The notes below the pieces were generated by a model. That model was not told the origin of the DNA and ran no database searches. It saw nothing but the letters and a program-made list of their open reading frames with translations. From an uncultured Candidatus Saccharibacteria bacterium (GTDB lineage: Bacteria; Patescibacteriota; Dojkabacteria; SC72), in assembly GCA_964610125.1 (NCBI GenBank), contig CAZSUV010000001.1, positions 120,035 through 184,034 on the forward strand: DNA of 64,000 nucleotides, read 5' to 3'. Below are positions 49,334 to 59,462 of the stretch, in pieces. Made by a program: the position numbers and the translations under genes. Each line of letters starts with the position of its first letter. The stretch's first letter is position 1.

Positions 49334-50083
49334 ATGACAGAAACAAAGAAAAGTGAGACTAAAGAGGTGGTCATAAACCTCGATACATTCGCAATTCCTT
49401 TAGCAATAATAATCGCAGGTGTAATAATTGCACTTGGGATATTCTTTGCAAATAAGAATGCAGATACGAAGGGTACGGCGAATACGAATGATACGACTAA
49501 TACAGATACCACAGGGGATACCTACAAATCAGCTACAACTACGATAGCTGACGGTGCTGTATTGGGAAATAGGGATAAGGCAAAGGTTGCTATAGTTATG
49601 TACAGTGACTATCAGTGTCCATATTGTCAGACTTTTGAGAAGGATACCCTGTCTGATATTGTGAGTAATTATGTTGATACCGATCAAGCTATATTTGTAT
49701 TTAGAAACTATCCATTGAGCTTCCATGGTGAGATTACATACAACTCTGCATATGCAGGTGAATGTGTGTTTGATCAATTAGGAAGTGAGAAGCTAAGAGA
49801 ATTCCATAGCAAGACATATTTGGCAAAAGATATGACAGCTGTTAATGCTGTGGCTCAAGAATTAGGCGTAGATATGACCAAGTACAATACTTGTGTAACC
49901 AATCAAACATTCAAGAGCAGGGTAGATGCAGACTTCGCAGCTGGACAAGCTGCTGGAGTCTCAGGTACCCCAGGATTTGTTGTTGGAACTTTGGATGGCG
50001 ATAAGGTAACAGGGAAGCTTATCGAAGGAGCGTATCCATTTGCTTCATTCAAGGCAGTAATAGATGAGATGTTAGCTAAGTAG
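49334..50083 (+). CDS. DsbA/BdbD-type thioredoxin-fold protein
   Basis: TM anchor, YSDYQCPYC, GVSGTPGF, GAYPF. Confidence 0.92.
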   Translation: MTETKKSETKEVVINLDTFAIPLAIIIAGVIIALGIFFANKNADTKGTANTNDTTNTDTTGDTYKSATTTIADGAVLGNRDKAKVAIVMYSDYQCPYCQTFEKDTLSDIVSNYVDTDQAIFVFRNYPLSFHGEITYNSAYAGECVFDQLGSEKLREFHSKTYLAKDMTAVNAVAQELGVDMTKYNTCVTNQTFKSRVDADFAAGQAAGVSGTPGFVVGTLDGDKVTGKLIEGAYPFASFKAVIDEMLAK

Positions 50084-50091
50084 AACCCCAT

Positions 50092-50119
50092 CCCAGGACT
50101 GACCTAGGTCAGTCCTGGG
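50092..50119. repeat. 28-bp perfect palindrome (left REP-like)
   Basis: CCCAGGACTGACCT|AGGTCAGTCCTGGG. Confidence 0.95.
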
Positions 50120-50159
50120 GTTCATTCAGATTTAATAACCCAGTGCTACAATTGGGTTT

Positions 50160-50636
50160 ATGAAGAAAATCCCAGTCATCAAACTGTATAGAAGTGAAAA
50201 CTTCTACCATATATACAATAGAGGCAATAACAAAGCCTTAATTTGCCGTACCTATAAGGATTACATTGCTCTTAGAGGATTGATGTATAGATTTATCAAG
50301 GAAAAGAGGCTACTTCTTGTATGTTACTGCTTCATGCCAAACCATTTCCATCTAATTATCAAACTTAGAGATGATTTGGAGGGGATTTCAAAATTCATGC
50401 GGGCATATATGACATCATATGTCATGTATTTCAATAGAAGATATCGAAGAGTTGGACATCTTTTTCAAAGTCCATTTCAAGCGAGAAGAATTGAAGATGA
50501 TAGGGATTTACATAAGGTAATAGAATACATTAAACAGAACCCAGTGGAAGCAGGATTAATCTCATCTAAAACAGGCCTCAAATACCGATGGTTATTTGTA
50601 AAAAGGACATTCTATAGGAGGGGAGGACTGACCTAG
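50160..50636 (+). CDS. REP-associated tyrosine transposase (Y1 HUH)
   Basis: YHIYNRGNNK, YCFMPNHFHL, GHLFQSPF, YIKQNPV.AG. Confidence 0.93.
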   Translation: MKKIPVIKLYRSENFYHIYNRGNNKALICRTYKDYIALRGLMYRFIKEKRLLLVCYCFMPNHFHLIIKLRDDLEGISKFMRAYMTSYVMYFNRRYRRVGHLFQSPFQARRIEDDRDLHKVIEYIKQNPVEAGLISSKTGLKYRWLFVKRTFYRRGGLT

Positions 50637-50645
50637 GTCAGTCCT
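50624..50645. repeat. 22-bp perfect palindrome (right REP-like) containing the transposase stop
   Basis: AGGACTGACCT|AGGTCAGTCCT. Confidence 0.95.
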
Positions 50646-50656
50646 AATAAGGTCAG

Positions 50657-51802
50657 TTATTTTTTCTTTCCTTTGTTCCAGGCTTCTAATTTCATTCTGA
50701 TGAAGGCTCCAACGGCTGTGGACATTAGGGCTACTGAGTAGAAGAATCCTATGAATGGTACGAGCCCAACCAATACAGAGATTAATCGTCCAATGGCTAG
50801 TGATTTAAATGGTCTGTACCCTTCTGATTTGAGCAAATGTAATATCTTTTGTCCAAATGCAGTTTCAACCCACAACTGACCAAAGATGGTGAGGAACAAG
50901 ATCAATCCAAATACAAAGAATGCTAATGGAAGACCTACTAATGAAATACTTAGTAAAAGTAATGCTACTGGAGCAACTACTAGAACCGCAAATCCGATTA
51001 ACAAACTAAAGATGAAATCTTTTGGACTTCCAGTAATCTTTGCCATGATCTTACCTGTTTTAACAGGTGCAGAAGCAATCATTACATATCCAACTAAACT
51101 CAAGCTACAGAATGAGAAGAGAGCTCCAAATAGCTTGTCTGTCCAGTTCGTTGCATATACCTTTGGAGTATTGAGATCAACCTCTTTATCAAAGATTACA
51201 CCTTGTTCTTTAGCAATATTCTCAATTATTACAGAATCATATATATTTCCAGTGACTTTTTCTTCTTGTAAGCTATATTTGCTTCCTAAGATTATTAAAT
51301 CTCCTTTGATTAACGTATCGATTGTTCCATCGCTTGTAATGAATCTTGCATCATCACCAACTGAGCCAGTTAGGCTTGTTCTCATAGCTATATTTACATA
51401 GTCTTTTTCTACATTTCCACTAAAGTTTACTGAGGAACCGATGGTATATGCATTAGCTTTTACAATCCCTTGGATAGAGATGTCATTACCTACAGCTACG
51501 AGATTCCCATACGTATTTCCGGTGAATGTAATATTTGAACCCACAACATATACATCTCCAGTAATTGTTCCTGTGATTTTTACATCTGTAGCAGCAATGA
51601 AGAGGTCTCCTTGAACTAGACCATTAATCTCTGTGTAGCTGTTTGTTACATAGAGATCATCTGCAACGGTTTGATCTTGGTTTAAGGTGTAATCCTTAAA
51701 GTGAAATTCTGCAGCATTGGCTGGTTTTGTAGCTACGATACCGATGAGTACTGTTAGCAAAGGAATTGCTAATATACTTAAGAGTCTTTTTGAAATGGAC
51801 AT
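50657..51802 (-). CDS. bactofilin-like beta-helix repeat membrane protein
   Basis: Signal peptide, repeated I.G.V.GD units, multi-TM C-terminus. Confidence 0.8.
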   Translation of the reverse strand: MSISKRLLSILAIPLLTVLIGIVATKPANAAEFHFKDYTLNQDQTVADDLYVTNSYTEINGLVQGDLFIAATDVKITGTITGDVYVVGSNITFTGNTYGNLVAVGNDISIQGIVKANAYTIGSSVNFSGNVEKDYVNIAMRTSLTGSVGDDARFITSDGTIDTLIKGDLIILGSKYSLQEEKVTGNIYDSVIIENIAKEQGVIFDKEVDLNTPKVYATNWTDKLFGALFSFCSLSLVGYVMIASAPVKTGKIMAKITGSPKDFIFSLLIGFAVLVVAPVALLLLSISLVGLPLAFFVFGLILFLTIFGQLWVETAFGQKILHLLKSEGYRPFKSLAIGRLISVLVGLVPFIGFFYSVALMSTAVGAFIRMKLEAWNKGKKK

Positions 51803-51920
51803 TGTTTTTTGTATGATAATTTACTACATATATAGTAGCACAAATAGGTTTCCATTTGTCACATCCCGATGGTATGATGATATTTGCTATTGGGTATTTT
51901 TCTATTTATAATCTACCAAC

Positions 51921-52685
51921 ATGCTTAACTACTTTGAACTTCTTTGGCAGTTCATAACAACAGATTTCAAACTCAGATACAAGAACTCTTACTTAGGCAT
52001 CATATGGATTGTCCTAAAACCTTTAGCAATGTTCAGCATCATCTATGTAATATGGTCAAACATTTTCAAAATGGGACCAGAATACAAGATGGGATTGCTT
52101 CTAGGAATCATCATGATGAACTTCTTTAGTGAAGCCATAATGATGGGGATGGATTCGTTAATGTCAAAAGCCGGAATCATATTGAAGATTAAATTCCCAA
52201 GAGAAGTGGTTATATATAGTGGAGTAACAATCGCTCTCATAGACTTCGTTTTCAACATGGTAGTCTTTGGTATCTTTTGTATATTTACTCCAGTTACTAC
52301 AACAGTGCTCGGTGTTTTACTTTTCCTTATGGCAATAGCAAGTATCTTCATACTTACACTTGGAATAAGTCTTTTCTCTAGTATCATATTCATCAAACTT
52401 AGAGATATCCATAACTTGGTAGAAGTTGGTTTACAATTGATCTTTTGGGCAACTCCGATCTACTATACATTAACAATGATGCCTGAGAATATACAAAAAA
52501 TCATAAAGCTCAATCCATTAACATTGATTGTCACATATGCCAGAAAAGGATTAATTACAGGAAACACTGTAAGAACAGAAGATTTCTTACAACTAGGTAT
52601 CGTTTTCTTAATCTGTTGCTTAGTGCTTTTACTTGGAAATATCTTCTTCAAGAAAAAAGTTTCTAAAATAGCCGAATACTTCTAA
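51921..52685 (+). CDS. wzm: polysaccharide ABC exporter permease
   Basis: DFKLRYKNSYLGIIW..LKPL, RDI, FWATPIYY, LNPL. Confidence 0.92.
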   Translation: MLNYFELLWQFITTDFKLRYKNSYLGIIWIVLKPLAMFSIIYVIWSNIFKMGPEYKMGLLLGIIMMNFFSEAIMMGMDSLMSKAGIILKIKFPREVVIYSGVTIALIDFVFNMVVFGIFCIFTPVTTTVLGVLLFLMAIASIFILTLGISLFSSIIFIKLRDIHNLVEVGLQLIFWATPIYYTLTMMPENIQKIIKLNPLTLIVTYARKGLITGNTVRTEDFLQLGIVFLICCLVLLLGNIFFKKKVSKIAEYF

Positions 52686-53425
52686 TGGATGAAATCAAAC
52701 CAATAATACATATAAAGAATGTAAAAAAATCTTTCTTCTTGCCACAGGAGAAGCATGATACGCTTGTGGAATTTTTGCATAATCCTCTTAGACTATTTAA
52801 GCCAGCAGGGGAACAATATTCAGTACTTAAAGATATTGATTTGGATATATATCCAGGAGAATTTGTTGGAATAATGGGTAGAAATGGATCAGGGAAATCT
52901 ACATTGTTAAAAATAATGGCAGGGATATATGAACCAACAAGTGGATCTGTAAAAGTTAATGGGAAATTAGTTCCATTTCTAGAACTAGGGGTAGGATTTA
53001 ATCCAGAGCTATCAGCAAGGGAAAATGTATATCTTAATGGCGTTATCTTAGGAATGAAGAGAAATGTTTTAAAGGAAAAATATCATGAGATTGTAGAATT
53101 TGCAGAATTGGAAAAATTCATGGAAGTTCCGCTTAAGAATTTCTCATCGGGTATGCAGGTTAGATTAGCATTCTCAATTGCCATAATGGCAGATGCTGAT
53201 GTATATCTTCTTGATGAGGTATTAGCAGTAGGCGATGTGGCTTTCCAAGAAAAGTGTTTTAACGTATTTAGAAAGTACAAAGCAGATGGAAAGACTGTTG
53301 TTTTAGTTACACATTCACCAGAGTCAGTAAAAGGTTTCTGTGATAGGGCAGTGTTTATCAAGGATGGCTTAATACAACCAACTAACTCTGTTGACGAAGT
53401 TATACAAGCATACATAAATGGATAA
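52685..53425 (+). CDS. wzt: polysaccharide ABC exporter ATPase (no C-terminal carbohydrate-binding domain)
   Basis: GRNGSGKST, LGVGFNPEL, FSSGMQVRLAF, DEVLAVGD. Confidence 0.93.
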   Translation: MDEIKPIIHIKNVKKSFFLPQEKHDTLVEFLHNPLRLFKPAGEQYSVLKDIDLDIYPGEFVGIMGRNGSGKSTLLKIMAGIYEPTSGSVKVNGKLVPFLELGVGFNPELSARENVYLNGVILGMKRNVLKEKYHEIVEFAELEKFMEVPLKNFSSGMQVRLAFSIAIMADADVYLLDEVLAVGDVAFQEKCFNVFRKYKADGKTVVLVTHSPESVKGFCDRAVFIKDGLIQPTNSVDEVIQAYING

Positions 53426-54650
53426 AAGTACATTAAGGACCAGACACAATTGGATTTTGTTAAAAAGGATTGGAATCAATATTCTTGAGAAATTGCATAT
53501 TAAGGATTTCTTAAGAAGAAGTTTGGACCGAAATACTCCTGTGTTTAGAGTCTCATTAGATATTAATCCCAAACTAAAATCCATAATTGTGCTTCCAAAT
53601 ATGCCTTGGGGTTACAGGAAACAAAGACCTCAACAGATATTCTCAAGATTAGCTAAGAAAGGTTACAACATTTTCTACATTTCTCCTTTGACCTCAGACA
53701 AGGAATATATGGTGGAATTGGAGAAGAATATATATGAGGTACATTTGAAGACTAAGGTAAGTGGTGATGTTTTGAGAGATTTCCATTTGGATATGGAAAA
53801 TCAAAAAATGTTTGTTGAATCTTTAAATACTTTGTTAGGAGAATATGTTAAGAAGGATACTTTGTTGTTTGTACTTCATCCTGTATGGAAAAATGTTGCT
53901 TTTGAGATTGAGAATGTTAAGAGGATATATGATTTGATGGATCTGTATTCTGGGTTTGATAATGCAAGAGAAGAATTAGTGAAGGATGAGGAGGAATTGA
54001 TTATTAATTCTGATATTGTCATAACTACCGCTCAAAATCTTTTTGATCATGCGAGTGGTTTGAACAAAAATACGTATTTGATTAGGAATGGATGTGACTA
54101 TGAGGAGTTTAATAAATTGGAGAAGAATGGGATTCTTGATTCACTGCAGGACAGGCCTATTATTGGTTTCTATGGTGCTATTAATACTTGGTTGGATGCG
54201 GATATTTTAGATGCGGTTATAAAGGCTAACAAGGACAAATATTTTGTATTTCTTGGGGCAGTTAATACTGGAAATGTGGTTAAGTTGGGTAAGCATAGGA
54301 ATGTATTTTTCTTAGGTGAGGTTGGGCATGATGAGTTACCCGGCTATTTGGCATATTTTGATGTTTGTACTATTCCTTTTGTTTTGAATGATTTAATTAA
54401 GAGTACTAATCCTGTTAAGTTCTATGAGTATATTAGTTCGGGTAAGCCAGTGGTATCTGTTAGATTACCTGAGTTAGAACAATATTCCGATATTTGTTAT
54501 TTGTATGATAATGTTGAGGAATTTAGTAAGTATATATATGTGGCATTACATGACGATACAGAGGAATTAAAAAAGAAGAGAATGGGGGTGGCAAGTGAGA
54601 ATAGTTGGGATACCCGAGTTGGCGATATCTTAAAAGTTGTTATACAATAA
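53418..54650 (+). CDS. GT-B (GT4-like) glycosyltransferase
   Basis: QRPQQ, IGFYGAI..W, PVKFYEY..GKPVVS. Confidence 0.88.
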   Translation: MDKSTLRTRHNWILLKRIGINILEKLHIKDFLRRSLDRNTPVFRVSLDINPKLKSIIVLPNMPWGYRKQRPQQIFSRLAKKGYNIFYISPLTSDKEYMVELEKNIYEVHLKTKVSGDVLRDFHLDMENQKMFVESLNTLLGEYVKKDTLLFVLHPVWKNVAFEIENVKRIYDLMDLYSGFDNAREELVKDEEELIINSDIVITTAQNLFDHASGLNKNTYLIRNGCDYEEFNKLEKNGILDSLQDRPIIGFYGAINTWLDADILDAVIKANKDKYFVFLGAVNTGNVVKLGKHRNVFFLGEVGHDELPGYLAYFDVCTIPFVLNDLIKSTNPVKFYEYISSGKPVVSVRLPELEQYSDICYLYDNVEEFSKYIYVALHDDTEELKKKRMGVASENSWDTRVGDILKVVIQ

Positions 54651-54686
54651 ACATCAGATATTTAAAATTTCTGTAGATCTACAATT

Positions 54687-55421
54687 ATGTTCCATAAAAC
54701 TGATTTTGCAATAGTTACTCCAATGGCAAACGAGTCTGACGGATTTGATGAATTCATTGGTGCTATATCTAAAGTTTTAGACCTTTTAGAAAGCGGAAAA
54801 GTATATTTTGTGGTGGACAATGTTTCAAAAGATAATACATTAGAATTATGTAAAAAATTATCAAAAAAAGATTCGAGGTTTGTTACCGTTTGGGCTCCTG
54901 AGAATAGGAATGTTGTAGATGCATATATTCGAGGTTATCAGGAAGCTGTTAATAATGGCCATGAATTTATTATAGAAATGGATGCTGGGTTATCACATGA
55001 TCCAAGAGCAATACCAATGTTCTTAAGAGTTTTGAACGAAGGAAATGAATGTGCTTTTGGTAGTCGTTTTATATCAGGTGGATCTATTCAAGATTCTTCG
55101 TGGAAACGTTCACTCCTCTCAAAGGGAGGTACAACTTTATCCAATTTACTTCTTGGTACTACAATGCATGATATGACCTCGGGTTATCAAGGATTCCATG
55201 TAGATATTGTAAAGAGATTTCTAGCATATAAGCTTCTTTCTAAGGCTCATTTTTATCAAACAGAACTAAGATACTTGCTTCGTAAGACTAGATATATAGA
55301 AGTTCCAATACACTACAGATCTCCATCTCCAAGCGTATCAAAGAAAGCTATTAAGAACTCATTCCAAGTTCTATTTCACTACTTCTTCTTAAGATTAAGA
55401 TCAAAATCCGTTTCCATATAA
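54687..55421 (+). CDS. GT2 polyprenyl-phosphate glycosyltransferase (GtrB/Dpm1-like)
   Basis: VTPMANE, VDNVSKD, EMDAGLSHDP, GSRF, DMTSGY. Confidence 0.88.
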   Translation: MFHKTDFAIVTPMANESDGFDEFIGAISKVLDLLESGKVYFVVDNVSKDNTLELCKKLSKKDSRFVTVWAPENRNVVDAYIRGYQEAVNNGHEFIIEMDAGLSHDPRAIPMFLRVLNEGNECAFGSRFISGGSIQDSSWKRSLLSKGGTTLSNLLLGTTMHDMTSGYQGFHVDIVKRFLAYKLLSKAHFYQTELRYLLRKTRYIEVPIHYRSPSPSVSKKAIKNSFQVLFHYFFLRLRSKSVSI

Positions 55422-55859
55422 ATGAACTATTTAGGAATCAAAGAAAAAATTGTCTCATTATCAAAAAAGGAAATAGTTATTGAAGGTATTAAATATCTTT
55501 TTGTAGGAGGAACCTGTACACTGCTTGATTTCTTGCTTCTTTATATTCTCAAAGATCATTTAGGAGTTAATTATGTAATTGCTTCAGGAATATCCTTTAG
55601 TGCAGGAGTTATTCTAAATTATTTTCTCTGTACATTATGGATTTTTAAAACAAGAATAATAAATAATCGTTATGGAGAATTTTTGATATATGTTGTTATC
55701 TCAGTAGTAGGTTTATTAATAAATACAGGTTTGATATGGTTATTTACTGAAATGTTTGGTATTCCAGTTTTGTTTTCAAAAGTTTTGGGAACACCAATTG
55801 TTTTAATCTGGAATTTCTTTGGTAGAAAATATTTGGCCCATACAATTAAAGTTAAATAA
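55422..55859 (+). CDS. GtrA-family flippase-like protein
   Basis: KYLFVGG, LNY..W.F, WNF; 4 TMs. Confidence 0.9.
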   Translation: MNYLGIKEKIVSLSKKEIVIEGIKYLFVGGTCTLLDFLLLYILKDHLGVNYVIASGISFSAGVILNYFLCTLWIFKTRIINNRYGEFLIYVVISVVGLLINTGLIWLFTEMFGIPVLFSKVLGTPIVLIWNFFGRKYLAHTIKVK

Positions 55860-55869
55860 ATATAAAGAT

Positions 55870-56874
55870 ATGGAAAAAACATTTTTAGTTATTACATCAA
55901 TTGCTGACGATAAGCATCCTATCCTAAATTCCATAGCCAATGATGCTGCAAAAAATGATGTTCCATTTATTGTAGTTGGTGATACCAAGAGTCCTGATAA
56001 ATTTGAAATTAAAAATTGTGATTTCTATTCTGCCAATCGACAAGCAAGTTTGGATTTTGATCTTGCAAAAGTTCTTCCATTTAAGCATTATGCGCGTAAA
56101 AATATTGGTTACTTGATAGCTATGTCAAAGGGAGCAGAAACAATAATAGAAACAGACGATGACAATATTCCATTAGAAGGTTTTTGGAATAATCGTAGTA
56201 GAGAGGTAGAAGCGCATCTATTAAACGATCAAGGCTGGGTTAATGTATATAAATATTTTACGGAGAAATTAATATGGCCAAGGGGTTTTGCTCTGGAAAA
56301 TATACAAAAAGAACTTGTTAATATAGATACCATGCAAAAGGTTGATTGCCCAATACAACAGGGCTTGGCAGACGAGAACCCTGACGTGGATGCAATATAT
56401 AGATTAACATTACCTTTGCCGGTAACCTTTAATAAATCAGAGAATATAGCATTAGGAAAAAATTCTATTTGTCCTTTTAATAGCCAAAATACTACTTGGT
56501 TTAAGGAAGCTTTTCCTCTTATGTATCTTCCTTCTTATTGTAGTTTCAGAATGACAGATATATGGAGATCATTTGTAGCACAACGGGTTGCATGGACGTG
56601 TGGTTGGCCAATACTGTTTCATAATAGTACAGTAAGACAAGAGAGGAATGATCATAATTTGATGAAAGATTTCCGTGATGAGGTTTCAGGATATAATAAT
56701 AATGAGATGATTTGTCAAAGCTTAAAGGAACTTGATTTAAAAGAAGGCATTGAAAATATATCTCAAAATATGATTCTGTGTTATGAAAAACTTATTAGTT
56801 TAGAACTTGTTGGGAAAGAGGAGATGGAGTTGCTTAATTATTGGTTGAAGGATGTGACTAAATTGAATGATTAA
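55870..56874 (+). CDS. STELLO/DUF288-like glycosyltransferase
   Basis: VVGDTKSP, ARKNIGYL.A, ETDDDN, WPRGF, PDVDAIYRL, PFNSQNT, FRMTDIWRS. Confidence 0.85.
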   Translation: MEKTFLVITSIADDKHPILNSIANDAAKNDVPFIVVGDTKSPDKFEIKNCDFYSANRQASLDFDLAKVLPFKHYARKNIGYLIAMSKGAETIIETDDDNIPLEGFWNNRSREVEAHLLNDQGWVNVYKYFTEKLIWPRGFALENIQKELVNIDTMQKVDCPIQQGLADENPDVDAIYRLTLPLPVTFNKSENIALGKNSICPFNSQNTTWFKEAFPLMYLPSYCSFRMTDIWRSFVAQRVAWTCGWPILFHNSTVRQERNDHNLMKDFRDEVSGYNNNEMICQSLKELDLKEGIENISQNMILCYEKLISLELVGKEEMELLNYWLKDVTKLND

Positions 56875-58177
56875 TAGAATTGAGATGAAATTCACATTGA
56901 AAAAGGAAACTTTATTAAATATATTTTATTTCTCATTCATATTTATTCTTACGTGGATATTTATAAAAAGTATAATATCTGGATTTGCGAAAGAAAGTTG
57001 GAATATAACCGAATTTTTGATCAATTATCAGGGAGGGTTTGTAAGAAGAGGGTTGCTTGGGGAAGTCTTACTTCATTTATATAACTATTTTGCTCTAAAT
57101 CCATACTTTATAATATTAGGTATTTGTGTGTTAGCATATGTTGTTTTGGCAACTTTCTTTCTTAAATCCTTTATCAAGAAAGGATATACAATATTTATTC
57201 TTCCATTTGTTTTTTTTCTTGGGAATCCAATTATAAATGATGTTTGGGTAAGAAAAGATGTTTTGCTTATCTTACTTTTGATATCTGCGATATATTTTGT
57301 AACAAGAAAATCAAATTGGTATATTATTTTAGCCAACATTTTTTTGATTTTTGGTCTACTAATTCATGAATCTATTGGTTTCTTTAGCTTACCAATATTA
57401 TTGCTGATAATCTTTTACAAAGATAAAGTCTTTGATGCTATGAAGCAATCACGGATAAGAAGGATTTTTATTTCAATTGCTAAACTATTTCCTGCAATCT
57501 TAACATTCTTTTGCACATTTTATTATAGCGGTTCTTTATCTATCTCCAATAAAATATGGGAATCTTGGAAACATGTAGAATTCCCAATTCAATCAATTGA
57601 TAATACCGTTATCCCTGGTGCAATAGATGGGATATCATGGTCATTTAAGAGAGGACTTTCTTTGGCAATAGATACATTAAAAAACTTTCAAGATGGAATT
57701 TATGCTCCGCTTGCATGGGTTTTGATTATTATTTTAATCTATTTTTTGTTAACAAACACAGACAAATTTAATTTTAAGATTTTGAAGTATCAACCTTTTA
57801 AGAACTTTAATAAAACAAATATCTCGAATATTCTCCTATTTCAACTGATGACGATTAGTCCTCTTTTTGTACTTGGTTGGGATTATAGTCGTTGGATATT
57901 TTTCTGGGTTACTTCATCATTTGCATTAATTGTTTTAATCTCAGAAGAAAAGCTTTCTGCTATATTTCCGCAAATCCTTACATCAATTAGTACGAAGATA
58001 AACAAGATTCTTAATTTATTTTTTAGTCAATCAAAAAGCTTTTTATTTCTAATATTGATACTTATTGGTATTCCAACATATAGTTGGTCCTTAATTGGAT
58101 TTGTAAACTCAAGTGCTTTTGTAATCTTATTAAAATTTTTCTCAATAATGATAGAGTCTGTCAAAACTTTGATATAA
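56867..58177 (+). CDS. polytopic membrane protein, possible GT-C transferase
   Basis: FLINYQGGFVRRGLLG, RKD, IHE, WDYSRW; about 10 TMs. Confidence 0.7.
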   Translation: MINRIEMKFTLKKETLLNIFYFSFIFILTWIFIKSIISGFAKESWNITEFLINYQGGFVRRGLLGEVLLHLYNYFALNPYFIILGICVLAYVVLATFFLKSFIKKGYTIFILPFVFFLGNPIINDVWVRKDVLLILLLISAIYFVTRKSNWYIILANIFLIFGLLIHESIGFFSLPILLLIIFYKDKVFDAMKQSRIRRIFISIAKLFPAILTFFCTFYYSGSLSISNKIWESWKHVEFPIQSIDNTVIPGAIDGISWSFKRGLSLAIDTLKNFQDGIYAPLAWVLIIILIYFLLTNTDKFNFKILKYQPFKNFNKTNISNILLFQLMTISPLFVLGWDYSRWIFFWVTSSFALIVLISEEKLSAIFPQILTSISTKINKILNLFFSQSKSFLFLILILIGIPTYSWSLIGFVNSSAFVILLKFFSIMIESVKTLI

Positions 58178-58185
58178 AGAATAGC

Positions 58186-59400
58186 TTACTGTAGCCTCTT
58201 TCTTAACCTCCCAGTTTGCAAATATAGTATCAACAAAGTTATAAATGTTATTGGGGATATCATATATCGAGGTTGTATTTCTAGTAGAGTATGGATGAAA
58301 AAGAAAAGAATAAGTACGGTCATACCATATATGAAAACATATCTCTCTTGTGAGCTCTTTTTCTTCCATTCGTAAATAAACAAGAATACTAATAAGGCAG
58401 AAATGGTTTTTATAGTTTTTACTGCCATGCCTTCAATAATATCTGCGGATAAGAAAAAGTATGTATTTTCGTTAGAATTGGTACTTTGATATTGTAACCA
58501 CCAAAATCCGTTTTGGTTATGATTAAAAAGATAATTATCCCATTTACAAAGAATGGTTGTTAGCAATTTTCTTTTTGGTAGGTCTCTAAGGCCATCTAAA
58601 AGGGCTTTAGATAGCGGAAGAGACGATTCTCGCTTTTCTCTTTCGACGGCTTCGGCAGTCCATTCTCCACAATATGGTCCTGCTTCATATGTTTCTATAA
58701 GTCCTGTGTAGAAAGCAAGTCTTTTGTGTGTAGATAAAGAATCTTTGTTTTGGGAATTGCTTTCTAAAATAGTACAAATTGAAAAGGCAATGGCTGTAGA
58801 TAAGGTTATCCCGATAACAATTTTCTTGATAAGAGGATTGTTCTTGTGTGTGAATAAAATATAGATAATTATCCCAATTATTAAGATGATAGAAATATAT
58901 AATAATTGACTTCGCATTGTTAAACTTATGGCGATTACTATGATCGATAAAATATAAAGTATGTTTTTGTTTTTCTCAATTGAAAGCAGGAAAAATTTTA
59001 ATCCAAGAACGTACAAGATAATGGTAGGAATATCTGAGTTAACCGATGATGAGTATCCAGCAAACCAAATCCCAAATAATGGAAGTAAGCATGTCGCTAA
59101 AATTTGCCACTTTGAATCGTTGTTAACGTATAAGGCATAAGATAAAGAGATAAAGCAAAGAGAATTGACCAGAAAGGCACACCAATATGGTTCTAAGCCA
59201 ATTTCCTTGAATGGCAAATATAGTATAAACAAAATGCCCCCTTTTACATATTCGGAGAGATTGCTAAAAGAACTCCAATAAAAATCTTGAAAATCACTCA
59301 AGGGGGTTGGTTTAAAAGTAAACGTAAGGTATGCAAATAATGAAATTACGGCAAGGGTAAAGATTATGTGTATTACTAGGAGTATGCTTTTTCTGGTCAT
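58186..59400 (-). CDS. polytopic membrane protein, GT-C-like
   Basis: PLSDF after TM1, EIQPRY near C-terminus; about 10 TMs. Confidence 0.7.
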   Translation of the reverse strand: MTRKSILLVIHIIFTLAVISLFAYLTFTFKPTPLSDFQDFYWSSFSNLSEYVKGGILFILYLPFKEIGLEPYWCAFLVNSLCFISLSYALYVNNDSKWQILATCLLPLFGIWFAGYSSSVNSDIPTIILYVLGLKFFLLSIEKNKNILYILSIIVIAISLTMRSQLLYISIILIIGIIIYILFTHKNNPLIKKIVIGITLSTAIAFSICTILESNSQNKDSLSTHKRLAFYTGLIETYEAGPYCGEWTAEAVEREKRESSLPLSKALLDGLRDLPKRKLLTTILCKWDNYLFNHNQNGFWWLQYQSTNSNENTYFFLSADIIEGMAVKTIKTISALLVFLFIYEWKKKSSQERYVFIYGMTVLILFFFIHTLLEIQPRYMISPITFITLLILYLQTGRLRKRLQ

Positions 59401-59462
59401 AATACAGAACTGAATAATTTATGCTCAAGTATATATTAATCCTGGACTAGTGTCATTCTCAG

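Larger units (their letters stand above)
50092..50645 (+). mobile_element. RAYT/IS200-type Y1 transposase element bounded by identical palindromes
   Basis: AGGACTGACCTAGGTCAGTCCT at both ends around a HUH transposase. Confidence 0.85.
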
